Below the pieces are notes generated by a model. The model was not told where the DNA came from, did no database searches, and worked only from the letters and a program-made list of their open reading frames with translations. A DNA stretch of 64,000 bases, from assembly GCA_041613315.1 (NCBI GenBank), contig JBFJHJ010000006.1, forward strand, positions 1-64,000. The letters run 5' to 3'. The position numbers were made by a program, and so were the translations under genes. Origin of the DNA: Gemmatimonadales bacterium (lineage in GTDB: Bacteria; Gemmatimonadota; Gemmatimonadetes; Gemmatimonadales; GWC2-71-9). The number at the start of each line of letters is the position of its first letter. The stretch's first letter is position 1. Below, one piece after another: positions 25,995 through 35,719 of this stretch.

Positions 25995-26894
25995 TTACGG
26001 CTTCGCCGCCGCGTCCACGAGGATCCCCACCCACACGTCCGGCTGGAGGAAGCCGCTGCCCCACTTCGCGTCGTAGGCCGTGGTGGGCTTCGCCGCGATC
26101 ACCTGGTCCCGCGTCTTGCCCTCCGCGAGCAGCCGGCGAACCTGGCGCCCGACGTCGGTGAGCATGTTCCGAAAGGCCCGCAGCTCCGCCGCGGTCGACA
26201 GCGGCCCGTGCCCCGGGATGATCTTGGTGTTGGCGTCGCTGAGCGCCAGGACGCGATCCGCCGCGGCCACCATGCCGTCGAGCGACCCCCCCGTCGACGC
26301 ATCGATGAACGGGTACATGCCGTTGAAGTAGGTGTCCCCCATGTGGATCGCGTTCGCCGCGCGGAAGTGGATCACCGCGTCGCCGTCGGTGTGAGCTGGT
26401 TGCACGCGGAACACGTCGATCTCGCCGCCGTTCCAGTGAAAGGTCACGCCCTGTGTGAACGTGATGACCGGGAGCGCGGCGGGAGGAGCGGGCGGCGTGC
26501 GGCTATTGAAGGCCGCGATGAACTGCTCGGCGCTCATCCGCTTACGCACATTCTCGTGCGCGACGATGATCGCGCCCGCCTTGCCCAGGTTCTCGTTGCC
26601 GCCCGTATGGTCGCCGTGCCAGTGCGTGTTGATGACGAATCGAATGGGTTTGTCGGTGAGCGCCGCGACCGCCGCCTCGATCTTGGGCGTCAGCGGAGCA
26701 TATTGGTCGTCCACGAGGAAGGCGCCGTCTGGGCCAACCGACAGCCCGATGTTCCCGCCCTGGCCCACCAGCATGTAGACGCCGCTGCCAATGGGGATGG
26801 TGCGGATCTGTACTTCCTGCTGCTGCGCCGCGAGCGGCGCGGCGGCGAGCGCCGCCGCGATGATCGCCGTGCCGAACCGCCGTGTCGTGAACAT
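25995..26894 (-). CDS. secreted MBL-fold metallo-hydrolase (cyclase-like)
   Basis: INTHWHGDHTGGN, AHTDGD, HMGD, IPGHG; signal peptide; GAGGAGG SD. Confidence 0.9.
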   Translation of the reverse strand: MFTTRRFGTAIIAAALAAAPLAAQQQEVQIRTIPIGSGVYMLVGQGGNIGLSVGPDGAFLVDDQYAPLTPKIEAAVAALTDKPIRFVINTHWHGDHTGGNENLGKAGAIIVAHENVRKRMSAEQFIAAFNSRTPPAPPAALPVITFTQGVTFHWNGGEIDVFRVQPAHTDGDAVIHFRAANAIHMGDTYFNGMYPFIDASTGGSLDGMVAAADRVLALSDANTKIIPGHGPLSTAAELRAFRNMLTDVGRQVRRLLAEGKTRDQVIAAKPTTAYDAKWGSGFLQPDVWVGILVDAAAKP

Positions 26895-26953
26895 GTGCCG
26901 CCTCCTCATTGGTGAGTCGGAGTGTCGATCATGACCGGTGCCGTGGACGTCAC

Positions 26954-28153
26954 TCACGGCCCCGTGGCTTCAACGGTGCCACGCTCGGCGAGCCGTTGTC
27001 CCGCCACCAGCGCCACGCTCCGGAAGTAGAGTGCGGCGGGGGCCATCGCGCGCTCGTCCCACTCGAAACGGCTCGAGTGCGCGGGGAAGCTTTCCTTGCC
27101 CGCAATCCGCGCTCCGAACCGCACGAAGCATCCGGGGACATGCTCCAGGTAAAACCCAAAATCCTCGCCGCCCATGTTGCCCGCGGTCATCGGCTGCACG
27201 CCGAGGGGGCCCACGGCGTGCTGGGCGGCCTCCCGCGCCAGGGCGGCCAGGTGGGCGCGATTGACGACGGGCGGCGTCCCAGGCTGGATGGTGACGGTCA
27301 CGCCGACGCCCTGTGCGGCCGCTGTATGTTCGGCGATGCGCCGGACGGCGTCCTGCAGCTGCGCGCGGACGGGCGGCGTCTGCGCCCGCAACGTGCCGTC
27401 GAGGACCGCGCGGCTCGCCAACACGTTGGGCGCCGTCCCCGCATGGAACCGGCCAACGGAGACCACGGCGGCGGCGGTCGGATCGACGTCGCGTGCGACG
27501 ATCGTCTGCAGGCCCGCGACGACGAGGCTCGCCGCAACGATCGGATCCACGCTCTCGTGCGGCCGCGCGCCATGGCCGCCCGGTCCCGTCAACACGATCG
27601 TGAACTCATCGGTGGCGGCGTTCACCGGCCCCTCGGTCACGACGATGGTCCCGGGGTCGTAGAGCCGGTCGAGATGCCCGCCGAAGATGGCGCCCACTCC
27701 CTCGAGCGCGCCGGCCGCAATCATCGCGGGCGCGCCCGTCCCTTTCTCCTCCGAGGGCTGGAACAGAAGCCGTACCGGCGCGGGCAGCGCCGCCTCCCGG
27801 GCCAGCAACTCCGCGGCACCCGCCATGATGCTCGTGTGACCGTCGTGACCGCAGGCGTGCATCACCCCCGCGCGCACGGATGCGAACGGCAGTCCCGTCT
27901 CTTCCAGAATCGGCAGGGCGTCCATATCGGCGCGAAGCGCCACGGCCGGCACGCCCGGCGGCCCCGGCAGATCCGCCACGATGCCGTGACCCGCCACGGC
28001 GGTGCGATGAGGAATCCCCAACTCGGTCAGGCGGCGGGCGATGCGCTCCGCCGTCCGGGCCTCCTCTCCGCTCAGCTCCGGGTGCTGATGGAGGTCGCGC
28101 CGGAGAGCGACCATGCGGTCGAACACGGCAGGATCGCCCAAGACATTCGTCAC
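26954..28153 (-). CDS. M20 family amidohydrolase
   Basis: RRDLHQHPELSGEE, LRADMDALP, MHACGHDGH, FQPSEE, GGHGARPH, GEDF. Confidence 0.93.
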   Translation of the reverse strand: MTNVLGDPAVFDRMVALRRDLHQHPELSGEEARTAERIARRLTELGIPHRTAVAGHGIVADLPGPPGVPAVALRADMDALPILEETGLPFASVRAGVMHACGHDGHTSIMAGAAELLAREAALPAPVRLLFQPSEEKGTGAPAMIAAGALEGVGAIFGGHLDRLYDPGTIVVTEGPVNAATDEFTIVLTGPGGHGARPHESVDPIVAASLVVAGLQTIVARDVDPTAAAVVSVGRFHAGTAPNVLASRAVLDGTLRAQTPPVRAQLQDAVRRIAEHTAAAQGVGVTVTIQPGTPPVVNRAHLAALAREAAQHAVGPLGVQPMTAGNMGGEDFGFYLEHVPGCFVRFGARIAGKESFPAHSSRFEWDERAMAPAALYFRSVALVAGQRLAERGTVEATGP

Positions 28154-28169
28154 GTGGTCGCGCGTCCCG

Positions 28170-29291
28170 CTAGGCCGTGAGGGTCGTGCAGCGTAGCGTG
28201 AGACCGCCGATCATCTCGACATCCACTTCCACCCCCAGGCCCGGCCGATCCCGCGGCACCCGGACCGTTCCGGCGTCCATTGTCCACGCAGGCGTCACGA
28301 TGTCCCGTGCCCAGTAACGGCTACTCGGGCTGAGGTCGCCGGGCAGGCGGAAATTGTCGAGCGAGGCGAGCGCGACATTGTAGGCGCGGCCGATCCCCGT
28401 TTCCAGCATGCCGCCGCACCAGACCGGTATGTCGTGTGCCGCGGCGAGATCGTGGATGGCTATGGCGCGCGTGAAGCCCCCCACGCGACCCGGCTTGATG
28501 TTGATGATCTTGCCGCTGCCCAGGGTGATCATGTCCGCGGCACGGTCCGGGCCCGTGATGGACTCGTCCAGGCAGATGGGCGTCCGCAGGTGTCGCTGGA
28601 GCTCGGCGTGGCGGACGAGATCGTCATGGGCGAGCGGTTGCTCGATGAGCAGGAGGTTGAACGCGTCAAGCTCGCGCAGCACCTCGCGGTCGTCCAGACG
28701 GTAGGCACTGTTCGCGTCGACCGTGAGCGGCACGTCGGGGCCCAGGGCCTCGCGGACGGTGGCCACGAACGCCACGTCGGCGCCGGGCTGGATCTTGAGC
28801 TTGATCCGCCGATAGCCCTCACGGCGGGCGTCGCACGCCTGCGCCGCCAACGCCTCGGGGGTCTCTTGAATCCCCAGGGAGATGCCGGTCGGGACCGATT
28901 CGCGCTGGCCGCCGACCACATCGGCGAGGGACATCCCCTGCCGCACCGCCAGCAGACCCCAAGCGCCCATCTCCACGGCCGCCTTGGCCATGTAGTGCCC
29001 CCGTACCGCGGTGTCGAGCACGGCGGACAACTCGGCCGGAGTCGCAAAGGCGCGGCCCAGCACGAGCGGGGCGATCCACTCACCGATCGCGAGGAAACAG
29101 GTGTCGATGGTCTCCGGCGAATAGTTGGGGCGCTCGCCCGCCACGCACTCGCTCCAGCACTCGGCGCCGTCGTGGTCCGTGAGATGCAGGAGCAACACGC
29201 GGCGCTCCTGCGTGGCGCCGGACGAGATGCGAAACGGCGTCTTGAGGGCGACGCGGATCTCCCGCATGGTGAGCTGCGCGATCTCAAGCAT
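28170..29291 (-). CDS. menC: N-succinylamino acid racemase / o-succinylbenzoate synthase (enolase superfamily)
   Basis: IKLKIQPG, DANSAY, IEQP, LDES, NIKPGRVGG, CGGMLETGIGRA. Confidence 0.88.
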   Translation of the reverse strand: MLEIAQLTMREIRVALKTPFRISSGATQERRVLLLHLTDHDGAECWSECVAGERPNYSPETIDTCFLAIGEWIAPLVLGRAFATPAELSAVLDTAVRGHYMAKAAVEMGAWGLLAVRQGMSLADVVGGQRESVPTGISLGIQETPEALAAQACDARREGYRRIKLKIQPGADVAFVATVREALGPDVPLTVDANSAYRLDDREVLRELDAFNLLLIEQPLAHDDLVRHAELQRHLRTPICLDESITGPDRAADMITLGSGKIINIKPGRVGGFTRAIAIHDLAAAHDIPVWCGGMLETGIGRAYNVALASLDNFRLPGDLSPSSRYWARDIVTPAWTMDAGTVRVPRDRPGLGVEVDVEMIGGLTLRCTTLTA

Positions 29292-29378
29292 GGTGTCGGG
29301 GTACGGTGTGGATCAGTGGCGGACACGCTCGGCGGACGGGAAGCATCGCCGTCCCAGAAGGCCGGTCGCCGGCCGTGT

Positions 29379-29407
29379 AGGTTAACCCGCCATCCTGCCC
29401 GCTACAA
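29379..29407 (-). promoter_or_regulatory. possible internal promoter for the racemase-M20-MBL genes
   Basis: Minus strand TTGTAG-17 nt-TAACCT. Confidence 0.4.
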
Positions 29408-29518
29408 GGCGCCGTTGGTTCAGGGCGTACGTGCCGCCCGCCGTCCGTAAGGCTGGTCGGCGCCGACGGTGCCTGTATCAATCGGGACATGTGAGCGGTC
29501 GGTGGTGTGCCGGCGGCG

Positions 29519-30316
29519 TTACCCGCCGCCGGCGCGGCGCACGACGTAGAAACACCGGCCGCCGCGGGTGCGGGCCAGCCCCTCGACGACGTACCCGCGG
29601 CCCAGGTAGTGCAGAAACGCGCGGCGCGTGGCGGCGCGCCACGCGGCGGCGGTCGCCGGATCCTGCTGTTTGAGTCCCTGGACGTCCTCGGGGATCTCGA
29701 CCCGAACGACGGGCGCATCGGGCAGCGTCGCCGCACAGGCCGCTGGCGACCCGGGCGCGATCACGGGTGCGTCCTCGATGTCCGTGGGCTCGCGGCCACC
29801 CGGGGCGCTCGCCAACCGCCACTCGACGATGAATCGGTCGGTCCCGATGACGCTGTCGGTCCCGCTCATCGGGTTGCTACCGTACATGTCCGGCACGTAT
29901 TCCTCGACGACCGCGCCCAGCCGGTTCAAATTGAGGTGCGCGTTGCGCGCGACGAGCGGATCGTACGTCCAGTACATCGCGTCGATGCCCATAGCGCGCA
30001 GGCGGTCCCGCTGGTAGAGCTTGAGCTGCTGGCCGACGCCGCGGTCGCGGAGGTCCTCGCGCACGGCGAGCATGTGCGACCAGTGCACCAGCGACCCTCG
30101 CCGGACCCCGGTGAGGCCGAAGACGAAGCCGACGAGCCGGCCGTCCGCGTCAAACGCCCCGGCGGCGAGGCCTCCAACGATTTGGACGATCTTGAGAACG
30201 GCCGGCGGCACGAGCTCGCGAAAATCGTCGCCCCACGTCTCGCGTTGGAGGGCCACGCACTGCTCGTAGTCGTCGGTCGAGATGAGGTCTCGGACCTGAA
30301 AAACATCGGCCGTCAT
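29519..30316 (-). CDS. GNAT family acyltransferase, probable D-amino acid N-succinyltransferase
   Basis: HWSHMLAVREDLRDRGVG..LKLYQR, WTYDPLVARNAHLNLNRLG; adjacent to NSAR and M20. Confidence 0.8.
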   Translation of the reverse strand: MTADVFQVRDLISTDDYEQCVALQRETWGDDFRELVPPAVLKIVQIVGGLAAGAFDADGRLVGFVFGLTGVRRGSLVHWSHMLAVREDLRDRGVGQQLKLYQRDRLRAMGIDAMYWTYDPLVARNAHLNLNRLGAVVEEYVPDMYGSNPMSGTDSVIGTDRFIVEWRLASAPGGREPTDIEDAPVIAPGSPAACAATLPDAPVVRVEIPEDVQGLKQQDPATAAAWRAATRRAFLHYLGRGYVVEGLARTRGGRCFYVVRRAGGG

Positions 30317-30449
30317 CGTCCGTGGTCCGCCGAAGGCTCACGCTAAGGTATCACCCGGCTTGCGTTCGCGCGCGTGGGGCAGTTCCGTTACGTGGGCTCC
30401 AGAGGGCGGTGGCGGGGGGCGGGGGCCGAGCGAACGAGAAGGAGGAGTG

Positions 30450-31211
30450 GTGAGAGCGATAGCGACAATCCTGGCGTTGGCGATCCTGGTGCCGACGCCC
30501 CGGCGCGCGGACGCGCAGACGGCGACACGCGTGGTCGTGCGCGTGGTCTCGCATGACGCAAAGATCATCGGGAGCGCCGTGGGTGGCGCCCGCGTGATCG
30601 TGCGTGACCCCGCGACCGGGCGGGTGCTCGCCGACGGCGTCCAGGAGGGCGGGACGGGGAGCACCAAGACGATCATGGTCGACCCGGTGGTGCGGGGGAC
30701 GCCGGTGTACGATTCGCCGGGCGCTGCGGCCTTCACCGCGTCGCTGGAGATCGACCGGCCGACGGTGTTGGAGTTCGTGGGGCAGGGCCCCCTCGGCTAC
30801 CCCCACGCGATGCAGCGCGCCGCGAAATCGCTGTTGGTCGTGCCGGGACAGGACATCGTGAAGGACGGTGTCATCCTCGAGCTCCACGGGCTCATCGTCG
30901 AACTCCTGGCCCCCGATCGGGTGCCGCCCGGGGCGCCGGCCGTCGAGGTGAGTGCCCGCGTCCGCATGCTCTGCGGCTGCCCGCTCGAGCCGGGCGGCCT
31001 GTGGGACGCCGATCGGGTCCGTGTCGTGGCGCGCGTGGTTGCCGGCGCTCGCGTGGTGCGGGAGGTGCCGCTCGCGTACGCAGGCGAGCCGACGATGTTC
31101 AGGGGCGACGTTCCGCTGACGGGACTGCCGTCGGGCGCCCACCTGGTGGTGGCAGCGCTCGATCCGAGCCGGGTGAACTTCGGCCAGAGCACCCCGCTCG
31201 CCCTTCCATGA
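30450..31211 (+). CDS. secreted hypothetical protein with CGCP motif
   Basis: AAGGAGGAG SD; signal peptide ending ADA; DAKIIGSAVGGA and RMLCGCPLEPGGLWD. Confidence 0.75.
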   Translation: MRAIATILALAILVPTPRRADAQTATRVVVRVVSHDAKIIGSAVGGARVIVRDPATGRVLADGVQEGGTGSTKTIMVDPVVRGTPVYDSPGAAAFTASLEIDRPTVLEFVGQGPLGYPHAMQRAAKSLLVVPGQDIVKDGVILELHGLIVELLAPDRVPPGAPAVEVSARVRMLCGCPLEPGGLWDADRVRVVARVVAGARVVREVPLAYAGEPTMFRGDVPLTGLPSGAHLVVAALDPSRVNFGQSTPLALP

Positions 31212-31243
31212 CGATGCCGACTGCCACTCTGTGGAGGACCATT

Positions 31244-32860
31244 ATGCGCCATGCGGTCAGCGTTCTATTGGCCGTCCTGTTCGTGGCCCCGGCCGCGCCG
31301 TCGGCCCCCGCCCAAGAGCGTGCCGAGCGCACCGTAGCCCCGGCGCCGGACCGGCGTCCCGATGAAGGGGAAGGCCCCTTTGATCGGCTCATCATCCGCG
31401 GCGCCACCGTGATCGACGGGACGGGCGCACCACCACGAGGCCCGATGGACATCGTGATTGAGCGGAACCGGATCGTGGACGTCCAGAGCGTCGGCAGTCC
31501 GGGCGCGCCGATCGCCGCTGAGCGGCGGCCCAAGGGCGCGACCCGGGAGCTGGACGCCCAGGGCATGTATGTGCTGCCCGGCTTCGTGGACCTGCACGCC
31601 CATACGGGAGGGACGGCCCAGGGAACGCCGGCGGAGTACGTCTACAAGCTCTGGATGGCACATGGGGTGACGACGATTCGCGACCCGGGCTCGGGCAACG
31701 GCGTGGACTGGACGCTTACCTCCCGGGCGCGCGGCGCCGCCAATGCGATCGTGGCTCCGCGGGTCTTCGTCTATGTCCGCCCGGGCACGGGGTGGGACAA
31801 GGGAGACATCACGACGCCGGAGGCGGCCCGGGAGTACGTCCGATGGGCGGCGCGCAAAGGCGTCGACGGCTTCAAGCTCGGGTCCTACGACCCCGGGATC
31901 ATGGCGGCGCTGATCGAAGAGGCGAAGAAGCTGGGCCTCGGCACCCAGGCCCACCTGGGCCAAATGGGGGTGGCGCGAATGAACGTGCTCGACGCGGCGC
32001 GGCTTGGCCTGGGCTCGATGGAACACTGGTACGGCCTGCCGGAGGCGCTCTTCGCGGACCGCACGGTGCAGGATTTCCCGTTCGACTACAACTACAACGA
32101 CGAATACGACCGATTCGGACAGGCCGGCCGGCTGTGGAGGCAGGCGGCGCCGCCGGGCAGCGAGACGTGGAACGCCGTGATCGAGGAGCTCCTGGCGTTG
32201 CGGTTCGTCATCGATCCGACGCTGACGATCTACGAAGCCAGCCGCGACGTCATGCGGGCGCGCCGCGCCGAGTGGCACGACGCCTATACGCTCCCCTCGG
32301 TGTGGCAGTTCTACCAGCCCAGTCGCGAGAGCCATGGGTCCTATTGGTTCGACTGGACGACGCAGGACGAGATCGAGTGGAAGACGAACTTCCGGATCTG
32401 GATGACGTTCCTCAATGCATACAAGAACCGAGGCGGGCGGGTATGCACGGGATCCGACTCGGGCTTCATCTACAAGCTGTACGGCTTCGACTACATCCGA
32501 GAGCTGGAGCTGCTGCAAGAGGCCGGGTTTCACCCCTTGGAGGTCATCCGGGCCGCCACGCTGTGCGGGGCGGAAACGCTGCACGAGCCGAAGGGGCGGC
32601 CGATCGCATTCGGCGTCATTCGACCCGGCCTGCTCGCCGATCTCGTCGTCGTCGAGGAGAACCCGATTCACAACCTCAAGGTCCTGTACGGGACCGGCAC
32701 CGACCGGCTGAACGACGCGACGGGTCAGGTCGAGCGAGTGGGCGGCGTCAAGTACACCATCAAAGATGGGATCATCTACGACGCGAAGCGGCTGTTGGCG
32801 GACGTCGCTCGGATGGTGGAAGAAGCGAAACGGCAGCAGGCGGCCGCCAGCAGCGACTAG
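31244..32860 (+). CDS. secreted metal-dependent amidohydrolase-superfamily protein
   Basis: Signal peptide; IIRGATVIDGTG, PGFVDLHAH, GVTTIRDPG, GSDSG, GLLADLVVV; alternative in-frame start at 31208. Confidence 0.88.
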   Translation: MRHAVSVLLAVLFVAPAAPSAPAQERAERTVAPAPDRRPDEGEGPFDRLIIRGATVIDGTGAPPRGPMDIVIERNRIVDVQSVGSPGAPIAAERRPKGATRELDAQGMYVLPGFVDLHAHTGGTAQGTPAEYVYKLWMAHGVTTIRDPGSGNGVDWTLTSRARGAANAIVAPRVFVYVRPGTGWDKGDITTPEAAREYVRWAARKGVDGFKLGSYDPGIMAALIEEAKKLGLGTQAHLGQMGVARMNVLDAARLGLGSMEHWYGLPEALFADRTVQDFPFDYNYNDEYDRFGQAGRLWRQAAPPGSETWNAVIEELLALRFVIDPTLTIYEASRDVMRARRAEWHDAYTLPSVWQFYQPSRESHGSYWFDWTTQDEIEWKTNFRIWMTFLNAYKNRGGRVCTGSDSGFIYKLYGFDYIRELELLQEAGFHPLEVIRAATLCGAETLHEPKGRPIAFGVIRPGLLADLVVVEENPIHNLKVLYGTGTDRLNDATGQVERVGGVKYTIKDGIIYDAKRLLADVARMVEEAKRQQAAASSD

Positions 32861-32876
32861 TCTCGATCGCCTTCGC

Positions 32877-33782
32877 TTAGCGCACCGTCCGGATTTCGAC
32901 CCGGTCGGTGGTGAAGAGCGGGATCAACACGCGGTGGCGGCGCGCGTCGTACCCGATGTCGGCCGGCGCCTCCACGTCGGACACCGCCACGGTGTATTGC
33001 CCGCCGGGGCCGAGGCGGTAGACCGCCCGGCCCTCCCAACTCGAGATCAGGTAGATCCCGTCGCCGATTTTCACCACCCCGTCGAGCTGACCCGCGGGGG
33101 GTGCCGGAAGGCCGCTGACCTGACCGGACTCCGCCACGACGAGCATGACTCGACCTGTGCCGAACGTGACCAGCATGATGCGATGTCCGTCCACGACGAT
33201 GCCGTTGGGCCGCCCCAGCGCGTCGCCCCGCACGAGCGGGACCGCCGTGCCGTCCGATTCGAACCGATACACCGCGTCCGTGCCGGAGGGCGCGAACCCG
33301 CCACCCTCACCCGCCCGAAGGCCGCTGTCGGTGACGTAGAGCGTGCCGCCCGGCGCCGCCGCGAGGTCGTTCAAGAAGGTAGCGCCCGGAACCGGGCGGG
33401 CGCCCAGGGGCGCGCCGGTCTCTCGGGTGAACAGACGTACGGCGTCGATGTCGGCGACGAACAGCGTATCCCCGATGATGACCATGCCTTTCGGGGCGTT
33501 GAGCGTGACCTCGGGCGATCGACCGTCGATCCACCGCAACGCCTCCACGGTGCCGTCGGGCCGCAGCCGGGAGATGAACCCATTGTCGTCCGTGGCGAGC
33601 GGGCTGCCGTTGATGTTCGCGACCAGGTACACGTCGGCGTGCGGGTCATGCAGCACCGATTCGGGGGTGCGGAACCCGACGTTGGCGACGGTGAGGGACT
33701 CGGCCGCTCCCGGCGCCTCGCCGCCGCGGGCGCACGCCACGAGCAAGATGGCCGGGATGAGCATGCAGCGCGCAACCACCAT
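32877..33782 (-). CDS. SMP-30/gluconolactonase-like beta-propeller lipoprotein
   Basis: Lipobox LLVAC; GFRTPESV, LNAPKGM, FLNDL, PNGI, LDGV, PADIG blades. Confidence 0.85.
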   Translation of the reverse strand: MVVARCMLIPAILLVACARGGEAPGAAESLTVANVGFRTPESVLHDPHADVYLVANINGSPLATDDNGFISRLRPDGTVEALRWIDGRSPEVTLNAPKGMVIIGDTLFVADIDAVRLFTRETGAPLGARPVPGATFLNDLAAAPGGTLYVTDSGLRAGEGGGFAPSGTDAVYRFESDGTAVPLVRGDALGRPNGIVVDGHRIMLVTFGTGRVMLVVAESGQVSGLPAPPAGQLDGVVKIGDGIYLISSWEGRAVYRLGPGGQYTVAVSDVEAPADIGYDARRHRVLIPLFTTDRVEIRTVR

Positions 33783-33905
33783 GGGGACCTCCAGAGCGCC
33801 CGTGAGTCGTGGCAAGATACTATGCCATGCAAGCCGCGGGCCACGGCCGAGCACCTTGTACGGATCGTGACGGTCGTACTACTTTGGCGGTGGTGGAGAG
33901 CGAGC

Positions 33906-34301
33906 ATGCGTGCCCGAGTGGAGCGGCGGTGGTGGGCGGCCATCGCGGCGATGGTGGTGGCGTGCGGGCAGTCGCCGGCGCGCGATCGGCCGGTCGCGAC
34001 CGGGGACAGGTTGCCCACGCCTCCGGTGTTGCGGCAGGGCGAAGCGTGGTACCTGGCGCACTGCGCGGCGTGTCACGGGCCCGGCGGCACGGGGACCGAA
34101 CAGGGGCCGCCGCTGGTGCATCCGGTCTATGCGCCCCGGCACCACGCGGACGCCGCGTTCGTCCTCGCCGCCGCCGCCGGCGTGCGTGCCCACCACTGGC
34201 GCTTCGGGGACATGCCGCCGGTGCCGGCGGTGTCGCGCGCGCAGGTCACCGCGATCGTGCGTTACGTCCGCTGGCTGCAGCGGGTCTCTGGAATATCCTA
34301 G
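33906..34301 (+). CDS. monoheme cytochrome c lipoprotein
   Basis: Lipobox VVACG; CAACHG heme motif; GPPLVH, HHWRFGDMPPV. Confidence 0.85.
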   Translation: MRARVERRWWAAIAAMVVACGQSPARDRPVATGDRLPTPPVLRQGEAWYLAHCAACHGPGGTGTEQGPPLVHPVYAPRHHADAAFVLAAAAGVRAHHWRFGDMPPVPAVSRAQVTAIVRYVRWLQRVSGIS

Positions 34302-34362
34302 CGCGCCCCGGATCCCTCGACGGCGCGCGTCTTGTATCGTCACACGAACGAGGAGAGCAACG

Positions 34363-34773
34363 ATGCGATTGATCGCTCGGATGGTCGCCGGGGCCGGGGT
34401 GCTCGCTCTGGCGCTCGCCGCCGCTCCGCTGGCGGCGCAGCAAAGCGGGATCATGGTCGAGACGGCCGTCGCGCGGGACATCGTGGATCGGATGCCGGCC
34501 GATACCGGTGCCACGTTCCCCGCCGACGTCGGCAAGCTCTGGTGCTGGACGCGCGTCACGGGCGCGGAGCCGGGCACGACCCTCCAGCACGTCTGGATGC
34601 GCGGGACGGATGAGATGGGGACCGTGAGCCTTGCGATCGGTGGCTCGCCGTGGCGCACCTACAGCAGCAAGAACATCGAGCCGTCGTGGACGGGCGAGTG
34701 GCGCGTCGAGGTACGGGACGCGACCGGCAACGTCCTTGCGACGAAGAGCTTCACGGTCGGATCCGGCATGTAG
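34363..34773 (+). CDS. secreted Ig-like protein (DUF2914-like)
   Basis: Signal peptide; LWCWTRV, HVW, WRTYSSKNI..SWTGEWRVEV; GAGGAG SD. Confidence 0.8.
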   Translation: MRLIARMVAGAGVLALALAAAPLAAQQSGIMVETAVARDIVDRMPADTGATFPADVGKLWCWTRVTGAEPGTTLQHVWMRGTDEMGTVSLAIGGSPWRTYSSKNIEPSWTGEWRVEVRDATGNVLATKSFTVGSGM

Positions 34774-34784
34774 CGAGATCACGC

Positions 34785-34823
34785 CGGCAGGGGCGGCCGG
34801 CAGCCTGCCGCCCGTCCCTGCCG
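34785..34823. terminator. GC-rich hairpin between convergent genes, probable bidirectional terminator
   Basis: CGGCAGGGGCGGCCGGCAG / CTGCCGCCCGTCCCTGCCG, 17 of 19 positions complementary; no U-tract. Confidence 0.5.
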
Positions 34824-34854
34824 TAGCAGGACAAGGGATGGTACTCGGGCGGGC

Positions 34855-35613
34855 TCAGCCCACGAGGAGTCTCACCACGGCCGCCACGCCGACCGCCACG
34901 AGCACCCACAGCCCGCCGACGATGGCGAGCGGTCCGGTGACGGTTTTCCCGCCGGTCAGCACGCGATTCCCCGCCGCCAGGAGATACACTTTCCACGCCC
35001 CGAAGAACGTGAGCTGTTCGCCGACCCTCGCCAGGAACGGGGACTCGTCGGCGTCGAACAGAAACCCCAGCGACAGTGTCAGCTGCTCGAGTTTCAGCGC
35101 GGCGACGACGGCGACGACGAGCACAGCGCCGAGGAGCTGCGGCATCTGCGCATGCGCGACGACGGCAAGCTCGTCTCGGAAGGAGACGGTTCGGCTCGCC
35201 GCGGCGCCGAACAGCAGTTGTAGCACAGCCGCGACGATGACGAGCGACGCGAGGCCCAAGGCCGCGCCGCCCCCGAAGATGAGGAGCCGGTTGGAGAGGC
35301 TCCCCGCCCGCTCGAGCGCCCGCTCGCGCGCTTCGGGTGGCACCCGGTCCGGATTCTGTTGCTGCACGCTCTGGAGCTGCGCTTCCACCTGACTGCGAAG
35401 GGTGGTCGTCGGCGTCCCGAAGGCGACGACCCCGGACACGGCCACGAGCAGTACGACCGGGAATAGCCACCGCGGCCTGGCCGCCAGCGACCGAAAGACC
35501 CGGGTGGGCTCGTCGAGCACCCGCACGGCGTGCCACCAGTCACCTTTCGTCTGGTCACCGGCCGGGGAGGGGGGAATAGTGGCCACTGGGAGACCTCCTT
35601 CCGAGTGCGTCAT
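34855..35613 (-). CDS. Yip1 family membrane protein
   Basis: VLDEPTRVFRSLAARPRWLFP N-terminal signature, about 5 TMs; alternative GTG start at 35586 with GGAGG SD. Confidence 0.75.
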   Translation of the reverse strand: MTHSEGGLPVATIPPSPAGDQTKGDWWHAVRVLDEPTRVFRSLAARPRWLFPVVLLVAVSGVVAFGTPTTTLRSQVEAQLQSVQQQNPDRVPPEARERALERAGSLSNRLLIFGGGAALGLASLVIVAAVLQLLFGAAASRTVSFRDELAVVAHAQMPQLLGAVLVVAVVAALKLEQLTLSLGFLFDADESPFLARVGEQLTFFGAWKVYLLAAGNRVLTGGKTVTGPLAIVGGLWVLVAVGVAAVVRLLVG

Positions 35614-35719
35614 CCGGTGTCGCTTGTCCGCGACGCGCCGGTCCGCCCCCGTGACGGTTCGGAAGACGGGAAACGGACGGCGCGTCGTCGCCGGCGCCCA
35701 AGAATGCGCCGTCCCTGGC

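Noticed and set aside
28170..29291. Menaquinone biosynthesis locus
   Set aside because: No other men genes nearby; the GNAT/M20 context favours a racemase role.
29284..29490. 68-codon minus-strand ORF (MSRLIQAP...) in the GNAT-racemase gap
   Set aside because: No SD, no motif, not coupled to the upstream stop, and it overlaps a promoter-like element; not called as a gene.
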